A stretch of DNA of 64,000 bases. Origin: Octopus vulgaris (Eukaryota). This document shows, piece after piece, positions 41,881-55,221 of the stretch; position 1 is the first letter of the stretch; each line of letters opens with the position of its first letter. A program made the position numbers and the translations under genes. The notes beneath the pieces are model-generated. The model searched no databases. It worked only from the letters and a program-made list of their open reading frames with translations, and had not been told where the DNA came from. The DNA lies in contig OX597816.1 in the NCBI GenBank assembly GCA_951406725.2, forward strand, positions 157,728,001-157,792,000, written 5' to 3'.

Positions 41881-43159
41881 CTTGCCTGGGATCATGTCAG
41901 TAGGGTGGAATGAGACTTATTGGGACCTAATATTTTGCACAGGCATTGCTTTGTCAGTGAGAGTCATACTCATGAACAAGTTGACAGCTGTCATATATGT
42001 GTATCTTTATATTTGGCATCCCACCATTGCTTGACAACTAGAAGTTATGTGGAAGTCTGCCTCATATATATATGCATGTGTGTGTGTGTGTGTGTTATTC
42101 CTCCATTACTTGAAAATCAGTGCTAGTTTCTTTACATACCTGTAACTTAACAGTTCAGCAAAAGAGACCAACAGAATAATTACCAAATTTAATAAGGACT
42201 GGGTTCAATTTGTTGGACTAAAATTCTTCAAAGTCGTGCCCCAGCAAAGCTGCAGTTCAATGACTTAAATAAGACAAGCAATTAAACGACCAGATGTCTT
42301 AAGCTTAAGATCATTATAAACAGCTGATCATAGACACAAGCATAGCTGTGTGGTTAAGAAGTTCACTTCATGACAACATGATTTCAAGTTCAATCTCACT
42401 ATACCCCAACACGGCCAAGAGTCTGCCATTATAGCCTTGTGAGTGAATTAGGTAGATGAAAACCACAGGAGAACAGTTCATATCGAGTGTATGTGTATGC
42501 ACATGTAAATATATGTAAATGTTGATATTCTGTGCTTATCACTAATTGAACAAAATAGTAATGATGTTGACATTCTCTATTGATATTAGAACCAGTCACC
42601 CTGCACTTACAAAGACCTGGGGAATGAAAACAATTCGTTACTTGAAAAGCAGATAAGACCAGAGCATTTGACCATATAATCATCCCTCAAATATACTCCC
42701 TTTCTAATCTAGGCCAGCATGGAAAAGCACACACACACACATATATATATAAAAGCAAACATTAGCTTATCTTTAACCTACATTATGTAACAAATGTTGT
42801 TACGAGTCATTGACATTTCAAATCTGATTGATCAGCAAGAAAATAAGGACACACAAAATTGCTTAATTTTGACTGGCAGACTTATGACTAAAGGGCATTT
42901 TAATCAGGAACTCTTGTGTTTTTAGGGTTAGGGTTAAGCTTTTAGAGGCATCAAAAACTAGCAAAAGCAACTTTTTTTTCTTCTTTTTCTTAGACAGTAG
43001 ATATAATAGATGTGACAACTATTTCTACTAGGCCCACATAAAAGCTCTACCATTGGCTCATAACTAAAGGCTACATATTTCAAACCCATATGGTCCTTTT
43101 TTGTTTGCTGTGGTGAGTTGCCAATCAGAATATTTTAAGTAACATATAAATAAACTTAC

Positions 43160-43255
43160 TCTGTCAACAATAGCTTCTGGTGCAGCCCATTTTATAGGAA
43201 ACTTAATCCTTTTATCTAAAGCTCCAGTGTGATTGGATAAACCAAAATCAGATAT
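43160..43255 (-). CDS. CSK: Csk-like kinase exon (DFG to APE)
   Basis: ttacag / gtaagt; ISDFGLSNHTGALDKRIKFPIKWAAPEAIVDR; short Tyr-free activation loop as in Csk. Confidence 0.92.
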
Positions 43256-45438
43256 CTGTAAAAGAAAACCTACATACAATAAACTTACAGTTACTAACAT
43301 TTGACTCTGGCTTTCTGCATTTATAAAACAGGTGAAAATACCCTAAATTAGATGGTGATGAGCAGTTTGAAATATAATACATCTATATTTGAATAGTATA
43401 TAAATATCATATATACAAACATGTTGAGTAGATAAAAACCTTATATAGACTGGAAACCAATAAAGAGACAAAAAATTGGTACTCCATCAATTACGATAAC
43501 AAGGGTTCCAGTTGATCCAATCAACGGAACAGACTGCTCGTGAAATTATCATGCAAGTAACTGAGCACTCCACAGACATGTGTACCCTTAATGTAGTTCT
43601 TAGGGAAATTCAATGTGACAAGGCTGGCCCTTTGAATTACAGGTACAATTCATTTTTGCCAACTGAGTGGACTAGAGTAACATGAAATAAAGCACATTGT
43701 TCAAGGACACAATGCACAACCAGGTATTGAACTCACGGCCTTATGATCATGAGTCAAATACCCTAACCACTAAGCCATGTGCTTCATGACTGGAAACCTA
43801 CATGTATATATGAACTGCATTGCTATCATGTATATAATGCAACATGCTTGTTTTTGAAACTGCATCCTCATTTGTATCCAACACTGTTTAACAAGGACAG
43901 AAAAGTATGAAACAGAGAAAAACAGATACAAAATAATTTGTATATTTTAAGAGAGAGCTATTCTTTTAAACATTATTACACCACATCAAAATAAAAATCA
44001 AATGGAAATTGTAGTTAAGATACCTGTGCCAGTGACATGTAAAAAGCACTGTCCGAACATGGCAGATGCCAGTGCCGCCTGACTGGCGTCCGTGTTGGTG
44101 ACACGTAAAAGCACCAACTGATCATGGCTGTTTGCCAGCCTCCTCTGGCCCCTGTGCCGGTGGCACATAAAAAATCACCCACTACACTCATGGAGTGGCT
44201 AGCATGGAAAACGGACGTTAAATGATGATGATGATTATTACTGTTTATGTCTACTTTTTCCATGTTGTTATGGACTGGACCGTTTCACTTGTTAGCCATT
44301 CTTCAGCCATTAATATTGTTCTCTCCACCCAAATGTTACACTGATCATTCCCCCACCCCCACCACTGTACCACCAAATTATCTCTCCTCAAGCACACTTC
44401 TGCAGCCTACCCAACCACATGTCATCTCTCTCTCTCCTATCATCTCCCTGTCAACTGTATCATCATTATAATCCTGCTGCTGATTCCCCTACTTTCTTCT
44501 GCATCCCTTTACTTTTCCCAATTCATGGATCATTGGTCATTCCCCCATACCTTATCCAACACTCCTTACATCTGCCCTTCAACCCTACCCAATCTTTACA
44601 GTTGTTGCCTGCCTCCCCTCCCCTTGTCTCTTGCTCCCCTATAAACTCTTACAAACCTACAACTTTCCACACACCTAGTTCCTCTCTCCCCACTCACTTT
44701 TGTTTACCTCATTCCTTGAGGAGTCACCTGGACACCTTAGCAGCATTATTAATCTCTATGCAGCTCCTACTTATCATTCTCACCCTTTCTTTTACATATG
44801 AATAGCCATGCAGCTCTCCTACACGAACCTGCTCTGCTACCCTCTTCTCTCATATTTAAACCCCTTCAAGAGTATCAGCTGTGGGAACTATGCCAAAGCA
44901 GACACTGGATTGTTATGCAATATTTGATGCATCAGATCCTGTCAAATGTCCAACCCATGCTAGTATGGAATATGGACATTAAACAATGATGATATATATG
45001 ACAAGATACCATACAGTTTTTGTCTAATAAATTTCACTAACAAGGTACATGCTGTTAAGCGGTTGGCAATTAGAAAGATATTTAACTATTGAAGTTATGC
45101 CATAAATGAAACATACTAGTGAGACATAGCCCCATCTTAACTACAATAATGACTCACCCAAACCATACCAACATGGAAAAAATGCAAAAGGGTTATTGTG
45201 GTGATAGTGTGTATGTGTGTATGAGAGAGAAATATGCAAAACAGTCACAGTCATGTGACTACAGCTGGATGTCATTCTTAATGCCAACCACTTTACAAAA
45301 TGTATTGGTTGCTTCCCTAACTCCAACTGAGTTGGGTATGGTACTGAAGAATATGAAAGGAGAGGGGAAGGTGTCTTGCTGAAGAGGTGAACACATGGTT
45401 TCTCTGTATTTATATAAATATTAAGAGGTAGACTTAAT

Positions 45439-45835
45439 AGGCACAGGAGTGGCTGTGTGGTAAGTAGCTTGCTAACCAACCACATGGTTCCGGGTTCAGT
45501 TCCACTGCGTGGCATCTTGGGCAAGTGTCTTCTGCTATAGCCCCGGGCCGACCAATGCCTTGTGAGTGGATTTGGCAGATGGAAACTGAAAGAAGCCTGT
45601 CGTATATATCGTATATATATATATATATGTGTGTCTGTGTTTGTCCCCCTAGCACTGCTTGACAACCGATGCTGGTGTGTTTACGTCCCCGTCACTTAGC
45701 GGTTCGGCAAAAGAGACCGATAGAATAAGTACTGGGCTTACAAAGAATAAGTCCCGGGGTCGATTTGCTCAACTAAAGGCAGTGCCCCAGCATGGCCACA
45801 GTCAAATGACTGAAACAAGTAAAAGAGTAAAGAGA
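45439..45835 (+). mobile_element. SINE family B, full length, ending about 15 nt from a kinase donor site
   Basis: GGCACAGGAGTGGCTGTGTGGTAAG..GGTTCAGTTCC..CTTGGGCAAGTGTC..GAAACAAGTAAAAGAG. Confidence 0.85.
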
Positions 45836-45849
45836 CTCAAATAACTTAC

Positions 45850-45949
45850 CTTTACTTTGCCACAATTACTCAAAAGAATGTTCCGAGCAGCAAGATCACA
45901 ATGGACCAGATGCTTACCTTCCAGATATTCCATTCCTACACAAATATCA
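45850..45949 (-). CDS. CSK: Csk-like kinase exon (catalytic loop)
   Basis: ctgtag / gtaagt; [33 protein letters not shown]. Confidence 0.92.
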
Positions 45950-47534
45950 CTACAGTCAGACACATGCAAAATGAAAAGAAGAAAAATAGAAAAGGAATTA
46001 ACTAAACTTTTCAAAGTAAAATATATTAGACATTATCAGCATTGACTTGAGACAGAAAAAGAAAGAAACAAGGTACTGGAGGGATCTGGATTACATATCT
46101 ATCACTTGTTTTAATTTCCAAGAGGTAAAGCATTTAATGCCCTAGCCAAAGTTGTATATACTGTGCCGGCCAAAATGCCATTACGTTCTGAGTTCAAATT
46201 CCGCCAAGGTCGACTTAGCCTTTCATCCTTTCGGGGTCGATTAAATAAGTACCAGTTACACACTGGGGTCGATATAATCGATTTAATCCATTTGTCTGTC
46301 CTTGTTTGTCCCCTCTGTGGGTTTGTCCCCTTGTGGGTAGTAAAGAAATATGTATTAGATGACATAAGAAAAAACAAGGATATATTAGCAGCAAAAAGCT
46401 TTTAGAACATTCAAGCATGAAATATAGGCTCAACTTCACAAATAGGGCTTGGTGGGATTTTTATTTTAAACACTGCTTTTTTTTTAAAAAAAAAAGTGCG
46501 TCTATTCCACCAACAACAGTATGTCTGATATCGTCAATTTATGTCAGAAAGATAAAGAGATAGATATGCAGATTAAGTCTTTTTAATTTCTTTTCCTATC
46601 TAAAATTAGTGCATATAATGTGTAAGAGAGAAAATGTTAACTCTAGTGTAAATTGTTTAATGACCATTTTCAATAGTGGCATGTTAGTTGAATGATGTGA
46701 CAGGAGCCAACAAGCCAGAAAAGTATGAAAAGAGAGTGACAGATGGATAGAGATGGGAATAAAGGTGAAGAATGAACACAAGTAAAGATGTGGTCAATGG
46801 TAAATACCAGTTTAGAGGAGAAAAAATTTATGAAATTTATCTTCAATGTTTATGCTAATACAAGACAGGCAGAACAAGAAAACATTTCCACAAGAAATTA
46901 CAGATCTTTGGATGCCATTTAATGATTAACAACCATTTTTCCATGCCCAACATGCTGAGATCTGATCTCACCACCTTTTAGAACAGGGGAGGAGAAACCC
47001 CCACCCATGGGTGCAATTGTACAGGCGAGCCCATTTTATTGCACCCACAGGCTGGCATATTTGTATGTACAAAATATAGTCAATTTTTCCATTATAAAAT
47101 TGATACAATACTTGTATGCCTCTTTGCGACATAGATTGCATTTCCACAACTTAAAACAGTTAGACTCAAACAGAAAACCGTCCAGCAATTGCCATTTGAA
47201 TGGAAATTTTTTGTTTTCACTATAAAACACATATTGCTAGGTTTGTACCACCCCCTTGAGACCCAACTACACTCTAGCTAAAAAATATAAAATACCTCAT
47301 AAGTAATATAAACGTCCTAAATTCAGTGGCGGCATGTTACATGTTAATTGAATATGTTAAACTTATCTTTATTAATGTATATCAAATTATACATGGATAT
47401 ATACAAGATATATACACAGATATAAGAGTTAAAACTTGTGATCTACCTGTGGACCTTTTTTTGAAAATTTTTGCCTGCCACACTAAAAAGTTTCCCCACC
47501 CCTGTTTTAGAACTTCAGGAGCTTTGATAATCCT

Positions 47535-49035
47535 TTCATTTCTAGTGGTCTGGAAAAGAAAGATTTGGAAGCTTATGGATTCTTTGAATACGATGTGGAC
47601 CCAACAGAGGGACTGGCTATCCAAGTTGACAGCAGCCTGATGGATAAAACGATATGAAGACAGGGAAAGCCCTTGGCCCCTTAGGAATTATTATTGAGAT
47701 GCTTAAAATAGCTGGCTGAGTGGGATATAGCCCAGTCATCTAAAAAGTTAATCAGGTTATCCAGAAGGGTCATATCCCAATGACTGGTGTAGCAGCATTA
47801 TAGTCAAGTGCCACAAAGGTAAAGGAGATGCCGTAGACAGAAGTAATCACAAAGGTATCAAAGTGCTGGACCAAGTCATGAAAGTTACAAAAAGGGTTGA
47901 AGCCCATCTGATTAAGAAGAGCATTAACCTAGATGAAATGCAGTTTGATTTTGTACTAAGGAGAAGTACTACTGGCACTATCTTCCTAGTAAGAGAAGCA
48001 TTTAACAAAAAAATAAACTACACCCTCTTGCAGACTAACTCATCGACAAATAACAGGGATCTTCTCTTTGTGGCTGGCAACTTCAATGGTCATGTTGAAC
48101 AACATCCAGGGAGCTTCCACAGTGTATATGTTGGCAATAATTTTGGCTCCTGCAATGGGGAGGGAATAAGGCTGCTGGAGTTCTGTGATGCAAATGATCT
48201 TATGATCTGTAATAGTAACTTCAGAAAACCTGCCAGTCACCTGTTCACCTACAAGTCTGGTTAACTACATTCTGGCCAGGAAACAGGAAAGATGGTTACT
48301 CATAAATACCAAAATTTCCCAGATGAAGAATGCACTCCTCCCTACATAGGTTAGTAGTTAGCAACTTCAGGATCAGGGCTAAATGGCTACCCAGAAGACA
48401 ACCAGCATGGAAAAGAAGGGTCTGGAAGCTTAAGGATCCTCTGAATGGACAGAGATTTAGAGACATATTGCTTGAAGCTTTTGACAAAAAAGAGGTGGAT
48501 ATAGCATCACACAATGTGGAGGACAACTGGAAGTTCCTACAGGACAACCTGTTGAAGTCTACTGACCAGACCTGTGGTTGGTGCAAAGTCCCCTCTCACC
48601 CTAAGGTAACATAATGGTGGAACAATGTAGTTGACAGGGCCATTACGAAAAAGAAACAGGCACGGAAGGACTGGAAGTGTGGTTGTAGCAGGGAACTGTA
48701 TCAGATTGCCAGAAGGGAAGCTAGGAGACAGGTTTACTTAGCCAGAGGGGAAGCAGAAAAATTTGCCAATGTTCTGCATCGTGAGGACCAAAGACTTGAA
48801 GTGTCTCGTATTGCAAGACAGTCTGTGAGAGAGAATCATGATGTCATAGGAGAGAAAAATATATCTGCATGGATAATGCAGAAAAATATATCTGCATGGA
48901 TAATGACTCACTTGCATTTAATGAGGCTGCAAAGAGAGAGACTTGGAGACACCACTATGAATGATTGCTAAATGAAGAGAATGAATGGGAGAAAGAGTCT
49001 GCCAAATGTTGACCCAACAGAGGGACCAGCTATTT
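47535..49035 (+). mobile_element. RTE-clade LINE internal fragments (RT N-terminus, APE endonuclease, linker), rearranged
   Basis: GIKVLDQVMKVTKRV..MQFDFV..STTGTIF; VAGNFNGHV..GIRLLEFCDANDLMICNSNFRKPASHLFTYKSG; HRLVVSNF. Confidence 0.85.
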
Positions 49036-49642
49036 GTGCGTGTTTATTTCTCCTTTCCTTGAAGTTAAGTAATAGTTGTAAATGAGCCTGACTATCACTT
49101 AAACAGTGTTGTTTGTTCCTCATTTTCCATGAAAACATGTTCGACCACAGGAAAATATTTTCTATTTTTAATATCACATATATCAAATTTTGCTGTTGTT
49201 TATTTATTTTTTTCAAGTTGAAAGCGTTTAGTCACTTAGCTTCTCAACCTTTATCCTTAGTCAGAGGTAATGATTCAGCAAGAAAACATACAAAAATAAT
49301 CAAAGAGGATTACAATAACAAAAATTATATATATAAAGACACAGAAGTGGCTGTGTGATGAGTAGCTTGTTCACCAACCACATGATTCCAGGTTCACCTT
49401 GGGCAAGTGTCTTCTACTATAGCCTTGGGCCGACCGAAAACTGTGTGTGTGTGTTTGTCCCCCCACCATCACTTGATAACCGATGATGTGTTTACAACCC
49501 CATAACTTAGTTGTTTGGCAAAGGAGACCAATAGAATAAGTACTAGGCATACAAAGAATAAGTCCTGGGGTCGATTTGTTTGACTAAAGGCAACAGTCAA
49601 GACAACTAAAAGAAAAAAATATATATATATATACATACATAT

Positions 49643-49677
<35 letters not shown>

Positions 49678-49694
49678 CAATGCTAGTATCTTAC

Positions 49695-49853
49695 AATGAT
49701 GAATTCAGTTGCCATTCCTCAGTGATGCTATCTCTACCTCGAGACCGTAGGTAGTTTGCGAGATTTCCTTCATCCATATATTCCAGAACTAGGTAAACAT
49801 CCTTGTCAAGCACGACGCCAATTAGCTGTAATACATTTCGGTGATTCAACGTA
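49695..49853 (-). CDS. CSK: Csk-like kinase exon (hinge, alphaD); absent from the ORF track
   Basis: ttgcag / gtaaga; TLNHRNVLQLIGVVLDKDVYLVLEYMDEGNLANYLRSRGRDSITEEWQLNSSF; YLRSRGR is the Csk-family hallmark. Confidence 0.9.
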
Positions 49854-50028
49854 CTGCAAAATAAAAAATGAGAAACAGTTAATGTAATCTGCTGTAGCTA
49901 GTGTAGTACAGTATTGTACTTATAGTCACTAAAATATAGCTACTCTATCTCTGACAAAATGGCTGTCAGTGCAACTTTTTGTCCCCGTCAAATTTTATCC
50001 AACAAATGAATGTCTCAGTTGTTTAAGC

Positions 50029-50338
50029 CAGTGATGCCCTAACTTTTTCGGGCTGCAGCCCCCTTGACACCCAGGCCACATTCCTAGCATCCCCACCCTA
50101 ACTAACCATCACAAACATAGATCACTTTCTGAAGCAAATTCAAAACAACTGCATTTCACAAATAAAACTTAACCTAATGAACCCATTATTTTGTTGTTTT
50201 TACGTGAATTGCTACCCCATTATCACCCCAATTTTTACATGAATCACTACTCCATTATGGGCCCCACTTTTCTTCAACACCCTCTTGGAACTTTCACTGC
50301 TCCTAGCAAGGCAATACCGCTTACTTTGGGAACCACTG
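50029..50338. mobile_element. hAT-type MITE
   Basis: CAGTGATGCCC...GGGAACCACTG ends; 8-bp TSD gtttaagc/gtttaatc. Confidence 0.75.
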
Positions 50339-51341
50339 GTTTAATCAACAGAATTATTTCTGTTAATTCTGGATTATACTGTACTTACTCAGTGCAACTG
50401 GTTGAGTATTCCAAGAAAACTATTACACCCCTAACGTAACCTTCAGGCTGACTATGAAGATGCATAGCTTAGTGGTTTGAGTATTTGGGTCACAATCATA
50501 AGGTTTTGAGTTCAATTCCCGGCAACGCGTTGTATCCTTAGACAAGACACTTTATTTCACATTGCTCTGGTCCACTCAGCTGGCAAAAATGAATTGTGCT
50601 AGCAATTCAAAGGGTCGGCCTTATCACATTTTGTGTTATGCTGAATCTCCTTGTGAACTACATTAACGGTATGTGTGTCTGTGGAGTGGCACAACCACTT
50701 GCATGTTAATGTCACGAGCTGATTGTTCCATCAATAAGGTCAACTGAAACCTTCATTGTCATAACTGATGGAGAGCCAGCTTATAAATAACAGGTACGCT
50801 TAACCCTGATAGGCTTTCTGTCTGTCAAACTTTCCTTATTTGACTTGGGGGTCATCCAGTGATGCAGAAATCAAACAGTATCATTGTGCTAAGCAATGGA
50901 ACCAGAGTCAGAACCTAACAATTGTAACTGAACTTCTGAACCCCTCAACCATGCACCCTTAAGAATTAAGTAATATAAAGTTTATTAACCTTGAGAGATC
51001 CTCTCATACAGATACTTGATTTCCAGTAGAATAAAATCACATGATACAGGTGTTTCAGCACTCATGACAGATGATTCACAACTGCTATGATCTATGTGCA
51101 TGCTTTTATGAACAAAGTGCCTATAAGAGAGGGTCTTCTAAGGCTATTAATGCACTATTTGGTGTTCTTGCAAGACATCCATAGTAAGGTGTATATAAGG
51201 ATTACTTCTGTCACTAATAATTAACTTATAATAAAGATTATGCTAATTAACTAATCCATTATTTGTGGAGATAAAAATTAGCAGAAAAATATATACAATA
51301 TAGGCACAGCTGTGGCCATGTAGGCACAGGTGTAGTTATAT

Positions 51342-51980
51342 AGGTGCAGGTGTGGCTGTGTAGTAAGTAGCTTGCTTACCAACCACATGGTTCCAGGTTC
51401 AGTCCCACTGCATGGCAGCTTGGGCAGGTGTCCTCTACTATGACCTTGGGCCAACCAAAGCCTTGTGAGTGGATTTCATAAACAGAAACTGAAAGAAGCC
51501 CATTGTATATATATGTGTATGTGTATATATATACGTGTGTGTATGTATGTGTTTTGTGTGTCTGCATTTGTACCCCCAACATCACTTGACAACCGTTGTT
51601 GGTGTGTTTATGTCCGCATAACTTAGCAGTTCAGCAAAAGAGACTGATAGAATAAGTACTAGCACCTTGGGCAGGTGTCTTCTACTATAGCCTCGGGCCG
51701 ACCAAAGCCCTGCGAGTGGATTTGGTAGACGGAAACTGAAAGAAGCCAGTCGTATATATGTATGTGTGTGTGTCTGTGTTTGTCACCCCAACATCGCTTG
51801 ACAACCAATGCTGGTGTGTTTACATTCCCGTAACTTAGCGGTTCGGCAAAAGACACCGATAGAATAAGTACTAGGCTTACAAAGAATAAGTTGTGGGGTC
51901 AATTTGCTCGACTAAAGGCGGTGCACCAGCATGGCCGCAGCCAAATGGCTGAAACAAATAAAAGAGTAAAAGAGTAAGAG
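51342..51980 (+). mobile_element. SINE family B tandem dimer
   Basis: body repeated from 51661 after AGAATAAGTACTAG. Confidence 0.8.
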
Positions 51981-52721
51981 TCTTCAATAAGGAGTTCCCC
52001 AACAGTGTACTAAGCTTTATTTAGTTTCTTAATTCTTAAACAGATAGAAGTGGTGAAAATGTCACTCACTGTTTGTTGGTTGATAGTTGACTATAACAGA
52101 GGTTAATGCTTTTCAATAAATGTATCTATAAAAATCACTGCATGATGTAATACATATACAGTACACAACATAAACACTACACGGCCTAATACTATTAAGT
52201 GGTATAACATGTATAGTGCTAATTATAATGCAGTCTAGAATAATTATTATGTGAACTGATACCAGAAGACTCACAACCTCTCATTCTTCATGATAACCCA
52301 CCACACCTGTAGCAATGTTAAAGTATCAATGGCTAAGGCCTTCTGCATGAGTAGAAATTATTTAAGTTCTGTTAGAAATAGCAACTAAATCTCCTTTGAA
52401 TTACACCTAACCTTTTCAAATGATATATTCAGTAATATAACTCCTAACTATTGCTGAATAAAATATGGAATGACACAGCTGGAATATCCCAATCATTGTT
52501 TACCTGAGGTTTAACAACTTCAGCTCTGAACAACTGCTGATTGTCTCCATAGTAAAAAGATGACCCAGATTAAGTTACTATTCAAATATTTAGGACAACG
52601 CTGCTACCACACACAGACAAATATCACAGACTGGAGAAAAAGTACACATGGATAGCTGGCAAAAATTACCTCACTAATGTTTTACAATTATGACTCATAA
52701 ATGCATTATTTTCTGTCTCTT

Positions 52722-52952
52722 TTAACCCTTTTGATACCAACCTGACCAAAACCCGCCTCTGGCTCTGTAGTACAAATGTCTTGTTTTCATAAGTATTGAA
52801 TTAAAATCTTCCACCAAACTTTAGTCACAATTTATGTTCCCAACACTAGCTTAATGATAACTAAGTTCTTTTACTAAATTCTTTGTTATATTTAAAATTA
52901 ATTGAATGAAACACAGAGCATCTCAAAATAAATACGGTAATGAAAGGGTTAA
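52722..52952 (-). mobile_element. piggyBac-type MITE copy 3
   Basis: reverse complement of 4299-4528, TTAA flanks. Confidence 0.85.
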
Positions 52953-54176
52953 TGTTGGTGAAATTATTTCTGTTCTTATGGAACAACAAGCTGTCTACTA
53001 TTCACCTATTTTTTTCACCCATCTCTACTTTGTCTCACTTCTCCAATCCTGTCATCTAGAACTGCAATCCTCTGAATCTCTCTGTCTATTCATTTTTTTT
53101 TTTCATGGATATACAAAATATTCAAGCTGAACATGAACCACAACAGTTTTGGAGGGTTTTCAATGGCTATAGGTAGCGGTCCTTTCCCTAGGACCAAATA
53201 AAAATACAAAAAGTTAAAAATACTAAGTTATCTGAAGACACTATACTAAGTAGAGTACTGGTTTATTGTGCATACGACAGTAATTACGCTATATTACAAT
53301 ATTTGTGCTAACCTGTCACTACTGCAATATCTGCAACAACTCATCTGTACAACAGCTGTACCTAATTAACTAGACTGTAATCCATAATTTCAAGCTGTCT
53401 AGAAATTAGACAGCTTGAAATCATGGACACATCAGAGACATATTTCACATTCCAGTTGTCAACAAATGAAGTCACTTTATCCACTTTTTATAGCAAACAG
53501 GGTATTGTATTATCGTTTCAAATGACCGAGAACTTTGGCATTATGTCCTGTTTGAGAAGTAGGCTCATCAAGCCAAGTAAAATCACAACTGTGGCAGATA
53601 CTGGTGTCACGCAAATGGCACCCATGCTGACACATAATAGCACCCATTACACTCTCGGACCAGCTGTAGAAACCATGCCAAATCAGACTGGAGGCTGGTG
53701 CAGATAATGGACGTATGATAATGATGATGATAGTATATATAAGCATAACATTATCACATGATTTTTACTTCTTGTAATTTGTATGATAATATAATATAAT
53801 TATAGTATGTCTAATACTACATTCTCCTACAAAACTAAAGAAAGAACCATTTAGAAAAAATGCCAAAAAGATATTCACAAGGAAAAAATATTAATAATCA
53901 ACAACACAAAATTTATCAAAGATTATTCATAGTTTATCATTAAGGCATGTCAAAAATCATTCAAAACAGGCAGTTCTTTTTCTCTTGGTTTATCAAGATT
54001 ATTGTTTGTCACAATTATATAATTTACAATGTCAAAGGTATCTTATTTTAATCAGTGTATAAATAGTATTTACTAAAAAAAAGTGTATGCTTTGGCCAAA
54101 GGTTTGCAAGCTTCATCAGTGTTATCTTGAGTTTTAGGTTCAGAAACTGAATATAAAATTATTTGTTAAAACTGTA

Positions 54177-55221
54177 CAAGGGGTACTCAAAAGTAACCAG
54201 GAAGCGTTCTCTGTGGGACAAGCCTGTTGTAGTTCAGGTTTCCGCCACTAGAAGCCACTTGATGTGACCCTCAGGCATCAGTATGCTGACTGGCAGCATT
54301 GAGTGTAGTCCAACTGCCATGTAGTGCATCTTTGTTTTGCAGTGCTTCTCTCCTATTTGTCAATTTTTACAATGGCTGAAACAAAGGAACAGCATGCTTC
54401 CATGAATTTCTGTTTTCTGCTAGGGAAAACAGCAGCCGAAACAGTTGTCATGCTTCTAACAGCTTACGAAGTACACTGCCATGATTAAAACACAAGTTTA
54501 CATGTGGTTTTCACACTTTAGGAATGGTCATTTGTTGCTTGAAGACCAACCTCATTTAGGGCATCCATCGACCTCCCAAACAAATGAAAACATCATGATT
54601 TTGGAGGACTATTAATGAATAATTGACAAACATTGATATGACTGGTGTGTCCTGGAGCTCCTGCCAACAAATTTTGAACGTAAAAAGCACCCACTACACT
54701 CACGGAGTGGTTGGCATTAGGAAGGGCATCCAGCTGTAGAAACACTGCCAAATCTGACTTGGCCTGATGAAGCCTTCCGGCTTCACAGACCCCAGTTAAA
54801 CCGTCCAACCCATGCTAGCATGGAAAACGGACGCTAAATGATGATGATGATGATGATGATGAATTGTGAATGAAGAGTTGCAGAAAATTTGTGCCCTGCT
54901 TGCTCACAGAAAATAAAAAGCAGTCACGACTGAATGCTTGTCATGAACCGAAAGAAGTTGGAAGTTGATCCCGATCTTTTTTCGAATATCATCATTGGCG
55001 ATAACAACTGGTGCTATGGAATTTGCAGATGTGGAAGAGGTGAAGAAAAAATGACAGAGGCTTTAAAAGGAATCACTTTGCAAGAGTTCCATCACAGTTT
55101 TGAGCAGTGGAAAACACATTTGGACTGATGGATTGCTTGAAATGGAGAATACTTTGAAGGTGATAAAAGTGTAAGTGAATAAAATATTACAAAATTCTGG
55201 TTTCTTCTGGATACCTCCTTG
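54177..55221 (+). mobile_element. internally deleted mariner fossil with a nested RTE 3' end (54678-54860)
   Basis: TA-flanked imperfect TIRs; MAETKEQHASMNFCFLLGKTAAETVVML, LEDQPHLGHPSTS, NIIIGDNNWCYG, NGEYFEG. Confidence 0.85.

Noticed and set aside
45141-45665. 174-aa ORF and similar ORFs (2897, 26800, 26865, 51376, 51659)
   Set aside because: Antisense translations of SINE family B recurring at every copy
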